Virus record (IMG/VR): IMGVR_UViG_3300017747_002499
Coordinates: 1 to 31,875 of that record
DNA: 31,875 nucleotides
Source of the DNA: a virus
Taxonomy: Duplodnaviria; Caudoviricetes
Reading direction: 5' to 3' (one strand)
Below are positions 1 through 9,243 of this stretch, one piece after another. A program made the position numbers and the translations under genes. Each line of letters starts with the position of its first letter. The first letter of the stretch is position 1. The notes below the pieces were generated by a model, which did not search any database, was not told the DNA's origin, and worked only from the letters and a program-made list of their open reading frames with translations.

Positions 1-72
1 AGGACGGACTGTTTCACCGGGTGGACATCGAGGAACACGAGCCTAAGTAAAGGTTCCGGCATTCACAGTACA

Positions 73-96
73 GGCCGCCTCCGGGCGGCTTTTTTA
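73..96 (+). terminator. Rho-independent terminator-like hairpin upstream of the scaffold gene
   Basis: GGCCGCC-TCCG-GGCGGCT followed by a T run. Confidence 0.65.
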
Positions 97-107
97 TTGG
101 AGAATTT

Positions 108-1235
108 ATGGCTGAATCGGAGAACCCGGTGACGGGAACCGAAAGCGTTCCGACAAATGACGCGGACGCGGTAGCAAGCATTTCGGCACGGTTACAGGCG
201 GAACCCGAAGGGACAACCGCCAAGCCCGCACCGAAGGCCGGCAAGGACAACCCAAAGCCCAAGGATCAGGCGGATTCGGGCGAGGCGGAACCTGTGTCGG
301 GGGATGACGATGAGTCCGATCCCAAAGCGGCGACAGACGACGAAGGCGACGATGACGGCGTTGAGTTCCCTGACACGCTGGAAGGAATTGCCGAGGCCAA
401 TGGAGTGGACCCAGACGAACTGGCAAGCCACATCCGCGTCACGGTCAAACAACCTGATGGCACGTTCAAGGAAGTCTCGATTGCCGAGCTTCGGAACAAT
501 CACCTTTTCCAGTCTGACTACAGTCGCAAAACAGCAGAACTGGCCGAAGAGCGACGGAAGTTTTCCGCCGAAGTCGGCCAGAAGTCGCAACAAGTCCAGC
601 AGAGAGAACAACAGGTCGATACGCTGCTCCACGTTCTGGCGCAGCAGATCGAACAGGGTCCATCGGACGCCGACCTCAACCGCCTCGCGCAGGAAGACCC
701 CGCCTCCTATGTGGCGGCCAAGCACAAGCGCGACCAGCAGTTGATGGCGTTCAATCAAGCCTTTTCCGCCCGCCAGCAGCAAGAACAGCAGGCGCAAGCG
801 GAGAAGGCCGAGCGGGTCAAGAATTTCCGTGCCGAGCAGCAAAAACTGCTGGCGCAGAAGATACCCGAACTCACCAAGCCGGAAGAGGCGCAGAAGTTCG
901 AGCGTCAAATGACGGACACGCTTCGCGGTGTGTACGGCTATTCGGACGCGGAGATTTCAGCCTTCGTCAATGGTGGGTTCGACCATCGTCAGGTGCTTCT
1001 GGTGCGCGATGCCATGAAGTACCGCGACGGTCAGAAAGCCGGGGAACAGACCCGCAAGAAGCTGAAGGCCCTGCCTCGCGTGACCAAGCCCGGCGCAGCC
1101 CCGTCGAAGACGGAGCAGTCGGGGACCAAGCTGGACGAACAGCGACGCCGCCTGAGAAGCCCCAAAACCCGGAACGACCGCAAGGCGTCCGAGGCGGCGG
1201 GGTTGGACCTCGTAAAAACCCTTCTCAGAGGATAG
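108..1235 (+). CDS. Capsid scaffolding protein
   Basis: Acidic disordered N-terminus, DYSRKTAELAEERR motif, Gln-rich coiled coil, basic C-terminus; directly upstream of the major capsid gene; GGAG RBS. Confidence 0.85.
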   Translation: MAESENPVTGTESVPTNDADAVASISARLQAEPEGTTAKPAPKAGKDNPKPKDQADSGEAEPVSGDDDESDPKAATDDEGDDDGVEFPDTLEGIAEANGVDPDELASHIRVTVKQPDGTFKEVSIAELRNNHLFQSDYSRKTAELAEERRKFSAEVGQKSQQVQQREQQVDTLLHVLAQQIEQGPSDADLNRLAQEDPASYVAAKHKRDQQLMAFNQAFSARQQQEQQAQAEKAERVKNFRAEQQKLLAQKIPELTKPEEAQKFERQMTDTLRGVYGYSDAEISAFVNGGFDHRQVLLVRDAMKYRDGQKAGEQTRKKLKALPRVTKPGAAPSKTEQSGTKLDEQRRRLRSPKTRNDRKASEAAGLDLVKTLLRG

Positions 1236-1239
1236 GACC

Positions 1240-2196
1240 ATGACCCTCCAGACCAACGCCTTCACGACCTATTCGGCCGTCGGCAACCGCGACGACCTTT
1301 CCGACATCATCTACAACGTCGCGCCGACCGATTGCCCGTTCATGACCTCCATCGGTCAGGGCAAGGCCGATGCCGTTCTGTTCGAGTGGCAGACGGACAC
1401 GCTGGCTTCGGCTTCGGATTCCAACTTCGTGTTGGAAGGCGACGACGCCACCATCGACGCCGCGACCGCGACCGTTCGCATGTCGAACACCTGTAACATC
1501 AGCGACAAGATCGCTCGTGTTACCGGCACGCAGCAGGCGGTACTCACCGCCGGCCGCCGCGACGAACTGGCTTATCAGGTCGTCAAGGTGACCAAGGAAC
1601 TGCGCCGCGACATGGAGACCATCCTTCTGCTGAACAACGCAGAAGTGACCGGCAACGCCACCACGGCCCGCGAGTCGGCCGGCATCGAGGCGTGGCTTCA
1701 CACCAACGTCTCGCGCGGTTCGGGCGGTTCCTCGGGCGCTTCCGGCGCTTCGACGGACGGCAACACGGCGGCGACGGACGGCACGCAGCGGGTCTTCACC
1801 GAGACCTTGCTGAAGGACGTTCTCAAGCTGACGTTCGACAACGGCGGCGACCCCGACAGCGTCATGCTGGGGTCGTTCAACAAGCAGAAGATGTCGGCCT
1901 TCACCGGCAACGCGACCCGCAACGTAACGGCCGAGGACCGCAAGCTCTACGCGGCCATCGACATTTACGAAAGCGACTTCGGCGATCTGGAAATCATCAC
2001 CAACCGATTCCAGCGCGCCCGCTCGGCCTTGGTCCTTCAGAAGGATATGTGGGAGGTGAACTATCTGCGCCGCCCCGGCATGATCCCCCTGGCCAAGACC
2101 GGCGACAGCGAGACCCGTCAGGTCATCGCCGAATACGGCTTGGTGAGCAAGAACGCCCTGGGTTCGGGCATCGTTGCCGATTTGACGACTTCGTGA
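1240..2196 (+). CDS. Major capsid protein (DUF5309/SU10-like, HK97 fold)
   Basis: GNRDDLSDIIYNVAPTDCPF, FEWQTDTL, ELRRDME, YESDFG and LAKTGD motifs typical of this family; strong codon bias. Confidence 0.92.
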   Translation: MTLQTNAFTTYSAVGNRDDLSDIIYNVAPTDCPFMTSIGQGKADAVLFEWQTDTLASASDSNFVLEGDDATIDAATATVRMSNTCNISDKIARVTGTQQAVLTAGRRDELAYQVVKVTKELRRDMETILLLNNAEVTGNATTARESAGIEAWLHTNVSRGSGGSSGASGASTDGNTAATDGTQRVFTETLLKDVLKLTFDNGGDPDSVMLGSFNKQKMSAFTGNATRNVTAEDRKLYAAIDIYESDFGDLEIITNRFQRARSALVLQKDMWEVNYLRRPGMIPLAKTGDSETRQVIAEYGLVSKNALGSGIVADLTTS

Positions 2197-2211
2197 GGCA
2201 GCGGACAGAAC

Positions 2212-2242
2212 GGGCCGTCCTTCGGGGCGGCCCTTTTTCTTT
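2212..2242 (+). terminator. Rho-independent terminator after the major capsid gene
   Basis: GGGCCGTCC-TTCG-GGGCGGCCC with a cUUCGg loop, followed by TTTTTCTTT. Confidence 0.9.
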
Positions 2243-2254
2243 GGAGTATCCACG

Positions 2255-2788
2255 ATGAAGCATATCAAAACCCTGCTTCTGTCGCTGCTGATGCTGTTCC
2301 CGTTCTACGCCCAAGCCGCGTGGAACATCCAGCAGGGCGGCGACGGCGGCACCTACTGGGTGGACACCGACGACTCGGAATCCAACCACGTTTCCGAGGG
2401 CCGCGTTACCGTCTTTATGCCGGATATTGCGGTGGCATCGACCGGCTATGTTGCCGTCCCCGTCAAGGGCGACATCATCAAGGTCTACTCGGTCATCCAC
2501 AACTCGCTCAGTTCGGCCTCGAACGAGACCCTTCAGCTTTATATCGGCACAGGGGCCAGTTCGGCGACGGGTCCAACGGCCTGGGTTGAGGTCTCGAACG
2601 CGGTGACGGGTGTCACCATCCAGCTTTCGAGCGTGACCGGTGCGTCCGACACCAACGCGACCGAATACTCAATCTCCAACACCATCACCGAAGGCGGGGT
2701 GCTGGCGATTCATTCGCCGGGCCGCTCTGCCCCGGGTGTGGGTTCCACCATCCCGGCAACCATCACCGTGATCATCAATCCGAAGTGA
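2255..2788 (+). CDS. Capsid decoration/cement-like protein with Sec signal peptide
   Basis: Directly after MCP. The beta-rich body (DIAVASTGYVAVPVKGDIIKVYSV...TITVII) resembles post-MCP decoration proteins of related podoviruses. N-terminus MKHIKTLLLSLLMLFPFYAQA has n-, h- and AQA c-regions. Confidence 0.7.
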   Translation: MKHIKTLLLSLLMLFPFYAQAAWNIQQGGDGGTYWVDTDDSESNHVSEGRVTVFMPDIAVASTGYVAVPVKGDIIKVYSVIHNSLSSASNETLQLYIGTGASSATGPTAWVEVSNAVTGVTIQLSSVTGASDTNATEYSISNTITEGGVLAIHSPGRSAPGVGSTIPATITVIINPK

Positions 2789-4296
2789 CGTGGTGGCCTG
2801 ACTTCGACCTTCCCCGGCTTCGGCTGGGGGAGGTCGCCCTTCTTTTGCTCGCGCCCATCGGTCTCTTGTGCTTCGGCATATTGACCTATGACCCCGACTT
2901 CCAACGGTGGTGGGTGCTGGCGCTGATCGCCGTCATCGGGTCGCTGATGCTGCCCGGCAAGCTGAACGTCCCCAACTCCGTTTTGTGGGCCGCTGGGTTC
3001 CTGCTCTACGCGGCCTTATCCCTGCTGTGGTCGCCCGATCCCGGGGAGGGGGGGGATGACCTGATCTGCCTCACCATCGCCTTTGTCCTGTTCACGGCGG
3101 GGCAACAGGTGAATCTGGACCCCTACATTCAACGGGTCGTCCCCTTCGCCGTCCTGATCGGCTGCGGATTGCTCTGGTATCTGCCGCAACGCTTCGGCGG
3201 CTTCGGCAATGACACCTTCGTCGCCGAGTTCCTGCTGATCGGCTTGACCTTCTGCCTCAAGGGCAAGGCGCGGTTCGTTGCGGTTATTGCGATTGTCACC
3301 CTGATCTTCTGCGTCGAGTCCAACGACCGGCGCTTGGTGGCCCTTCTCGCCATTGGGTATGGGTTGGTCTGGCTGTGGCGACACGGCTACCGCTACGCGG
3401 CTTTCTTCCTCCCGCTGGCGGGGCTGAATATCGTCTTTCTGGCGGGCCTTGCTGAACCCAACGTCATTTTTTCCTCTGTGATGGCGCGGGCGGAAATTCA
3501 CGTCAACACCGCCCTGATGATCATGGAGCGCCCCTTCTTCGGTTGGGGGGCGGGGTCGTTCGAGTACGTCTATCCGCGCTTTCAGGAAGCGCACATGAAG
3601 CTGTTTCCCGGGATGCCGACGATCATGTCCGGGGCGACTATCTTCGTGAATACCGCACATAACGAATACCTCCAGGTGCTGGCCGAATTCGGTTTCGCGG
3701 GGTGGGTCTTCGTCGGGGGGTTCTTATGGTCGATCCGCAGGAACATCCGCTGGACGACGGTTTCTGTCGTTGCGGTTCTGGCGCTTGTGGGCTTCCCGTT
3801 ACAGAACCCATCGACGGCCGCGCTTGCGCTCCTTGCCATAACGAAAGGGCAGGGGCGGTCTCTCTCGTTCCCGATGAAATTACCTGTTCTTGCTGTTTCG
3901 ATTGGTCTGCTCTGGCTGACAACCCTTTCGCTGATCGCTGAAAGCTACATGACGGCGACCCGTGTCGCCCTGGGGACCGATCCACTAGGAGCTTTGTCAG
4001 CCAATATCAAAGCCTATGAGACGTGGCCTTATGCGAGGGGGCCGCGTGTCCAGATGATGCTGACCACGACCTCGCTGCTGCGAAACACGCCGCACATCCT
4101 ACAGCCGGACTCGGCCGATAATATTTACCGGATCGCCGCGACGGCGGGACCGGATAACCCCGGCATTCTGCTGGCCCGCCTTGAATACCTGATCAACGCA
4201 CGACGCAATCAGGACGAGGCGAACCGGATTTTGCACAGCCTTTACCAGAACACGCCCCGCCAGTTGCGGATTGCGCTGGGTCATATGGAGAAGTGA
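2785..4296 (+). CDS. O-antigen ligase / O-oligosaccharyltransferase family (Wzy_C) polytopic membrane protein
   Basis: About 12 hydrophobic segments; RxxIxxxxxxMIxERPFFGWGAGSF and AHNEYLQVLAEFGFAG motifs; soluble helical C-terminal extension; GTGA overlap with the upstream gene. Confidence 0.88.
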   Translation: MTWWPDFDLPRLRLGEVALLLLAPIGLLCFGILTYDPDFQRWWVLALIAVIGSLMLPGKLNVPNSVLWAAGFLLYAALSLLWSPDPGEGGDDLICLTIAFVLFTAGQQVNLDPYIQRVVPFAVLIGCGLLWYLPQRFGGFGNDTFVAEFLLIGLTFCLKGKARFVAVIAIVTLIFCVESNDRRLVALLAIGYGLVWLWRHGYRYAAFFLPLAGLNIVFLAGLAEPNVIFSSVMARAEIHVNTALMIMERPFFGWGAGSFEYVYPRFQEAHMKLFPGMPTIMSGATIFVNTAHNEYLQVLAEFGFAGWVFVGGFLWSIRRNIRWTTVSVVAVLALVGFPLQNPSTAALALLAITKGQGRSLSFPMKLPVLAVSIGLLWLTTLSLIAESYMTATRVALGTDPLGALSANIKAYETWPYARGPRVQMMLTTTSLLRNTPHILQPDSADNIYRIAATAGPDNPGILLARLEYLINARRNQDEANRILHSLYQNTPRQLRIALGHMEK

Positions 4297-4298
4297 AC

Positions 4299-4631
4299 AT
4301 GCGTTTCCTCGCCTTCCTCCTTTGCCTGCTGGCGCTGCCCGCTGCGGCCGGCGAACTCTACGCCCCGGTCAAGACCCAGGGCCTTCAATTCGGCACCTCG
4401 GCAACCAAGGTCACCGACGACTTCGGGGCCAACATCGAGGGCGTCAGGGTGTCCTGCGTGACAGCCTGTTATGTGGCTTTCGGTGTGTCATCGACCCTCA
4501 CCGTGACGGCGGCCACGGGCATTCTCATCCAGGCCGGCATTCCGCAGGACTTCCGCATCTCGGGGGGCAATATCGCGGTGATCCAGGTGTCCGCCACGGG
4601 TCGGTTTTCCGTCACGGAGTTGTCGAAGTGA
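4299..4631 (+). CDS. Small head-associated virion protein with Sec signal peptide
   Basis: ATG 8 nt after GGAG. MRFLAFLLCLLALPAAA/G signal. Body (FG...VRV...CYVAFG...IAVI...G...VTELS) resembles the small conserved beta protein after the decoration gene in related phages. Confidence 0.7.
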   Translation: MRFLAFLLCLLALPAAAGELYAPVKTQGLQFGTSATKVTDDFGANIEGVRVSCVTACYVAFGVSSTLTVTAATGILIQAGIPQDFRISGGNIAVIQVSATGRFSVTELSK

Positions 4632-4966
4632 GCTTCCGCCTTCTCGATCAGCACGAAGGCTTGAAGACGCATATCGCTTTCGAGCCGAACGGCGATTTCA
4701 TCATCAAGACGACGCAGGATGTCGAGCCGGTGGTGGAGTTCAACAAGACCCGGCAGACGGACGGCTCGAACGGCTACGGCAAGACGCGGGAACTGCGCCA
4801 TGTGGCGACGGTCCCCGACAACATCGTCTATCAGTGGATCGCCGAGGCCGGTATCGAGCCGCGCCGCTGGATGGCGATGAAGCGCCGGGAGCGCATGATG
4901 TTCCTGCGTCGGAAATTGAACGACCCGGATTGGCGTTACCTCAAGACCGTTTCAGGGAGGGTGTAA
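4628..4966 (+). CDS. Conserved phage protein of the head-tail region
   Basis: GTGA overlap and GGAG RBS; TTQDVEPVVEFNK...RHVATVP...W...LNDPDWRYLKT pattern common in this phage type. Confidence 0.75.
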   Translation: MSFRLLDQHEGLKTHIAFEPNGDFIIKTTQDVEPVVEFNKTRQTDGSNGYGKTRELRHVATVPDNIVYQWIAEAGIEPRRWMAMKRRERMMFLRRKLNDPDWRYLKTVSGRV

Positions 4967-5511
4967 TGCCCGGTGGCGACGACGCAGGTGGGATCGGCCC
5001 CGATGACGGTTCCTGGGGGCCGCAGAACCCCGACGCCAATGGCGTGTCGCAGTACGGCGGCACCTACGACCAACAGGGCCGGGTACAGGTCGGCGCTCCC
5101 TCCGGTGGGTTCACGCCTAATCCGGGGTCACAGGCGACCTTTGTTGGCACGCCTTTCGATTGGAACAGCATCCCCGATGCTCCGGGCATGGCCAGCCCCG
5201 ATGATCGCCGGGCCTCCCTGATGTCGTCCATGGAACGGATGCACGGCGGCGGGTTCATGGGGGGCGTCGAGCGCGGCTTAGGCTCTCTCCTGGGCTTCGC
5301 CAAGGAGCTACAGGGCATGCCGGCGGGCAATATGGGTGTTCGCAACACATGGAACCCCGGTTCCCTTGGCGGGCTTCTCCCCGGGCCTCTCGGGATGGTC
5401 GGCGGCATGATCGGCCAGCAAGCCTACAACGCCACGGGGCTGCCCAAGCCGGGTTGGGATAACGACCCGCTTCAGGGCCAGACCCTAACAGACCAGATTG
5501 CCCGCCGATGA
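4966..5511 (+). CDS. Gly-rich hypothetical protein, possible internal virion protein
   Basis: TAATG overlap, GGGAGG RBS; starts MPGGDD, like the 9244 ejection protein. Confidence 0.6.
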   Translation: MPGGDDAGGIGPDDGSWGPQNPDANGVSQYGGTYDQQGRVQVGAPSGGFTPNPGSQATFVGTPFDWNSIPDAPGMASPDDRRASLMSSMERMHGGGFMGGVERGLGSLLGFAKELQGMPAGNMGVRNTWNPGSLGGLLPGPLGMVGGMIGQQAYNATGLPKPGWDNDPLQGQTLTDQIARR

Positions 5512-6131
5512 GCATCACGACCTATGGCGAACTCAAGACAGCGGTGGCGAACTGGCTGCGCCGGTCTGAACTGACCACGCGCATTCCCGAGTTCATCACC
5601 ATGGCGGAAGACGTTCTCTATGCCGACCGCCGGATGATGATCCGACCGCTCGAGGCGACGACGGACCTGACCATCAACGCGCAGAGCGAGAGCCTGCCGA
5701 CCCGGTTCATCGGCCCGCGCCGGATTTACCTGTCGACGGAGCCTGTAACATTGTTGCAGTTCCTGACGCCGGAAAACTTCTGGTCGAAGTATCTGTCGTC
5801 GCAGACCTCCAAGCCCGAAGCCTTCACCATCGAGGGCGATAACATGATCTTCGGGCCATCCCCGGACGCGACCTATACCGGAAAATTGCTCTATTACCTC
5901 CGTCCCGCCGCTCTCAGTGACGACGCCGACACCAACTGGGTTCTGGCCAACGCCAGGGGTCTGTTGCTCAACGGAGCGTTGATTCAGGCGTGTTCGTATA
6001 TCAAGGATGACGCCAATATCGCCAAGTTCGCCGCGCTCTATGACAGCCAGCTTGATCTGATCGCGGAGCAGGACAAGAAGAACCGTTACGGCGGGGTCAT
6101 CCAGACCGTCTCCGGGGTGTCGGCGGTATGA
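5508..6131 (+). CDS. Head-tail adaptor / tail tubular protein A-like
   Basis: MSITTYGELKTAVANWLRRSELTTRIPEFITMAE, FGPSPDATY and TNWVL motifs. Confidence 0.85.
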   Translation: MSITTYGELKTAVANWLRRSELTTRIPEFITMAEDVLYADRRMMIRPLEATTDLTINAQSESLPTRFIGPRRIYLSTEPVTLLQFLTPENFWSKYLSSQTSKPEAFTIEGDNMIFGPSPDATYTGKLLYYLRPAALSDDADTNWVLANARGLLLNGALIQACSYIKDDANIAKFAALYDSQLDLIAEQDKKNRYGGVIQTVSGVSAV

Positions 6132-7657
6132 AGCTGTCGCAGCGGCTTCAGGGCATCCCGTTGCGGGCCAACACGGTCAATCCAAAGGTTATCCCCTTCG
6201 GCCCGTGGCTGCCGGATCGGCCCAATTTCGCCAACCCGGGACTGATTACCGCGAAGGGGGTTATTCCTTCGGCGGATGGCTACCGGCCCATGAAGGGCTT
6301 GTCCGTGCAGTCAACGGCACTGACCGCCCGTTGCCGGGGGGCTGCTGCGATCAAGACGACGGCGGGGCAGGTCTCCCTCTATGCCGGGGACGCGACCAAG
6401 CTTTACCTGTTCGGCAGTGGGGCCTTTGCCGACGCTTCAGGCGCGACCTACACCACGGCGGCGGGCAACGGCTGGGAGTTCGCCGCCTTCGGCAATACCC
6501 TGATTGCGACCAACTACAACGACCTTGTGCAGTCCGTTCTAGCGGGGGGCACGACCTTCGCCGACATGATCACCTCGACGCTGAAGCCCAAGGCCAAGCA
6601 CGTTGACGTCATTCGCGAGTTTGTGTTCCTCGGCTACACCAACGACGCCACGGACGGCGAGAAACCTAATCGGGTGTGGTGGTCCGCCCTGGACGATCAA
6701 GCCGACTTCGACCCTTCGGTTACAACCCAGTCGGACTATCAGGACATCGCCTATGGTGGCGCGGTGCAACGGATCGTCGGCGGGGTGGAATACGGCCTCG
6801 TGGTTCTGGAGACGGCGATTGTCCGGGTGACCTACATCCGCCCGCCGCTGATCTTCTCCTTCGACGCCATCGACCGCGACCGGGGCACGGATATCCCTAA
6901 CTCGGTCATCGCCCACGGCCGAAGGGTGTTCATGCACACGCAAGAGGGCTTTGCGATTTGCGACGGCTCGTCCGTTGTGCCCATCGGGGATGAGGCGGTT
7001 GACCGGACGTTCCGCAACCAGTTCAACCCGGGCAATGCTCACATGGTCTCGGCCGCCATCGACCCCGTGAACAAGCTCTATCTGATCGCCTTCCCGGGGG
7101 AGAACAGCGTCGCCGGGGCCTGCAATAAGCTGTGGGCCTATAATTGGGGACAGAACAAGTGGAGCGAGATCGAGGTTGATCTTGATTTCGTGCTCCGCGC
7201 CCTGACGCCGGGGTATTCGCTGGACAACTTGGACACGATTTCCGGGACGCTGGACGGGCTGGCTTATTCGCTCGACTCCGATGTGTGGAAGGGGGGCGTG
7301 CTCAAGCTGGCGGCCTTCAACACGGATCATAAACTGGCGTATTTTGACGGCGACAATCTGGCGGCAGAGTTCGTTCCCGGTGATTACCAGCCCTCGCCCC
7401 TCGGACGGTCGGAAGTGACGGCCATCCGCCCGATCATCGACGGCGGGACGGTCACGGTTGCCCATTCCGCAAGGGATTTGCAGGCCGATACGGTCACCTT
7501 CGGCACGGCGCACAGCCCCAACGCGGATGGGGATCATACCTTCGCCGATCAGGAGGCCGAAGGGCGGTTCCATCGGTCCAAGGTGAGCGTCGCCGCTGCT
7601 GGTTCGTGGAACCACGCGCAGGGCTTCAGCTACACGTCCTCGGTCTCGGGGCTGTGA
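6128..7657 (+). CDS. Tail nozzle / tail tubular protein B (P22 gp10-like)
   Basis: IPFGPWLPD N-motif, RVWWSAL, QSDYQDI and IGDEAVDRTF motifs; beta-propeller-like composition; follows the adaptor. Confidence 0.8.
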   Translation: MKLSQRLQGIPLRANTVNPKVIPFGPWLPDRPNFANPGLITAKGVIPSADGYRPMKGLSVQSTALTARCRGAAAIKTTAGQVSLYAGDATKLYLFGSGAFADASGATYTTAAGNGWEFAAFGNTLIATNYNDLVQSVLAGGTTFADMITSTLKPKAKHVDVIREFVFLGYTNDATDGEKPNRVWWSALDDQADFDPSVTTQSDYQDIAYGGAVQRIVGGVEYGLVVLETAIVRVTYIRPPLIFSFDAIDRDRGTDIPNSVIAHGRRVFMHTQEGFAICDGSSVVPIGDEAVDRTFRNQFNPGNAHMVSAAIDPVNKLYLIAFPGENSVAGACNKLWAYNWGQNKWSEIEVDLDFVLRALTPGYSLDNLDTISGTLDGLAYSLDSDVWKGGVLKLAAFNTDHKLAYFDGDNLAAEFVPGDYQPSPLGRSEVTAIRPIIDGGTVTVAHSARDLQADTVTFGTAHSPNADGDHTFADQEAEGRFHRSKVSVAAAGSWNHAQGFSYTSSVSGL

Positions 7658-7658
7658 C

Positions 7659-8498
7659 GTGCCGTTCTTCGATCAACAGCCGGGATTGATGGGACAGCCG
7701 GGCGGGTCGATGGACCCGCGCTATGCGGACGGTCGCCCGCGTGGCTTTATGGACGCCTATCTTGATCCCAACATCGTTCGCCGCGCCACCATCTTGCCGT
7801 ATGGCGAGACGGCGACGGGCGAACAGCAATGGGCCATGCCGGAAATGCTGGTGGGCCTTCTCAAGTCCATGACCCTGCCGGGCGACACGGCGCGAGGCGT
7901 CCCGCATACGGACGACGACGTGACCCGGATGGCATTGGATATCGGCGGCATTGGTGGGGCCATCGGCTCGGCTCCCGGCGGCTCTCTGGCAATGGGTGCG
8001 GCAAGGCGTTCTCTGCCGATGGATGACGCCAGCCGATTGGCGCGGGCGGCTGAAATGGGGTTCGACACGTCGCGGCCGGTCTATCACGGCACGGCAACTG
8101 ACTTCCGAGCCTTTGACCCCAAGCGGTCTATCGGCGGCCAGTATTGGTCAACAACTGACAAGGCATCCGTTCTGGCCGGCGAAGTTGGCGCTCAAGGCAA
8201 GGGCGTCATCAAGGAAATGTATCAGAACATCAAGAACCCCGCTGGGTGGAAGGAATATGACCAGCTTGGCATCGATGAACTGATATCGAGGGGATACGAC
8301 GGCTTGGCGTTGCCAGAAAAAGACGGGCACGTCACCTATGTTGCTTTCTATCCTAATCAGTACAGGGATGTGCGGGCAAAGTTCGACCCTGCCAAAGCTA
8401 ACAGCGCCAATCTGATGGCTGTGAACGCCAGCCCCTTGCCGGCTGCGCTACCGGAGCGAAAGAGGATCAAAAAGAAATCCAAGTGGGACCCGGCGTGA
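7659..8498 (+). CDS. Putative injected virion protein with C-terminal ADP-ribosyltransferase-like (ART-PolyVal-like) domain
   Basis: LPMDDASRLARAAEMGFD, VYHGT, FRAFDP, NIKNP, GYDG and YVAFYPNQ motifs as in phage polyvalent-protein ART domains. Confidence 0.6.
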   Translation: MPFFDQQPGLMGQPGGSMDPRYADGRPRGFMDAYLDPNIVRRATILPYGETATGEQQWAMPEMLVGLLKSMTLPGDTARGVPHTDDDVTRMALDIGGIGGAIGSAPGGSLAMGAARRSLPMDDASRLARAAEMGFDTSRPVYHGTATDFRAFDPKRSIGGQYWSTTDKASVLAGEVGAQGKGVIKEMYQNIKNPAGWKEYDQLGIDELISRGYDGLALPEKDGHVTYVAFYPNQYRDVRAKFDPAKANSANLMAVNASPLPAALPERKRIKKKSKWDPA

Positions 8499-8499
8499 C

Positions 8500-8844
8500 A
8501 TGCCGGTCACGTCTCCACGCGCCTCCGCGTCTCAGAGAAACACGCCGCCTCCGCTGTCCTGGTCAAATGTGGACGAGTGGGTCCGCATGGTGGCGGAAAG
8601 CGTTCGCTTGTTGTTTGACGGCCGTGTCAACACGGTGGGCCAGGTCACCCTTCGGACCTCGCAGGTCACGACCTCGATAACCGACCCCCGGATCAGCCCC
8701 GACAGCTTCGTCCAGCTCTCCCCGATGAACGCCAACGCCGGGGGTGAGTTGGGGATTTACGTCGTGCCGGGGAATGGTTCGGCGGTCATCAACCACGCTT
8801 CCAACGGGACAACGAGAACCTTCAAATATGTCATCCTCGGTTAA
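8500..8844 (+). CDS. Small tail protein (needle/plug-like)
   Basis: N-terminal helix then GRVNTVGQVTL...DPRI...TFKYVILG beta body; position after the nozzle. Confidence 0.6.
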   Translation: MPVTSPRASASQRNTPPPLSWSNVDEWVRMVAESVRLLFDGRVNTVGQVTLRTSQVTTSITDPRISPDSFVQLSPMNANAGGELGIYVVPGNGSAVINHASNGTTRTFKYVILG

Positions 8845-9241
8845 CGTCTACCTCGTCCCGCCCCACGAAGTTCAGGCCCATTGGCCGCTCGCCGAAACCC
8901 TCGTCAGAAAAGCCCTCTCCCGCCAGACCGATTACGAAGAGGTGGCCGTCTATCGGTCCCTCATCACCGGGGAGAGGCGGATGTGGCTGGTTCATAAGCC
9001 GCCGCACAACGTCGTCGCGGTGCTGATCACCTCATTCGCGCTCTATCCCCTCTCCAAGGTCTGCGTCGTCTTCGCTCTGGGCGGAAACGACATGGACGAA
9101 TGGCTGCACTTTCTCCCCGACCTCGTTGAACCCTGGGCCAAGGCGCAGGGGTGTTCGCACATGGAACTGAAGGGCCGCGACGGCTGGGAACGTGTTCTCG
9201 GCTGGCGAAAAGAAGCGGTCGTCTTGCGAAAGGAACTATAG
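8828..9241 (+). CDS. GNAT-like protein preceding the ejection genes
   Basis: YP...GG..MDEW...WAKAQGC...GRDGWERVL pattern typical of podovirus genes at this position. Confidence 0.65.
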   Translation: MSSSVNVYLVPPHEVQAHWPLAETLVRKALSRQTDYEEVAVYRSLITGERRMWLVHKPPHNVVAVLITSFALYPLSKVCVVFALGGNDMDEWLHFLPDLVEPWAKAQGCSHMELKGRDGWERVLGWRKEAVVLRKEL

Positions 9242-9243
9242 AC

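Noticed and set aside
1240-2254. Programmed frameshift or read-through extension of the major capsid protein
   Set aside because: No slippery heptamer at the MCP end; a strong terminator follows, and the next gene has its own RBS and signal peptide.
2785-4296. Host chromosomal LPS gene or chimeric assembly
   Set aside because: The gene is tightly coupled to phage genes on both sides, has similar base composition and has no neighbouring host genes.
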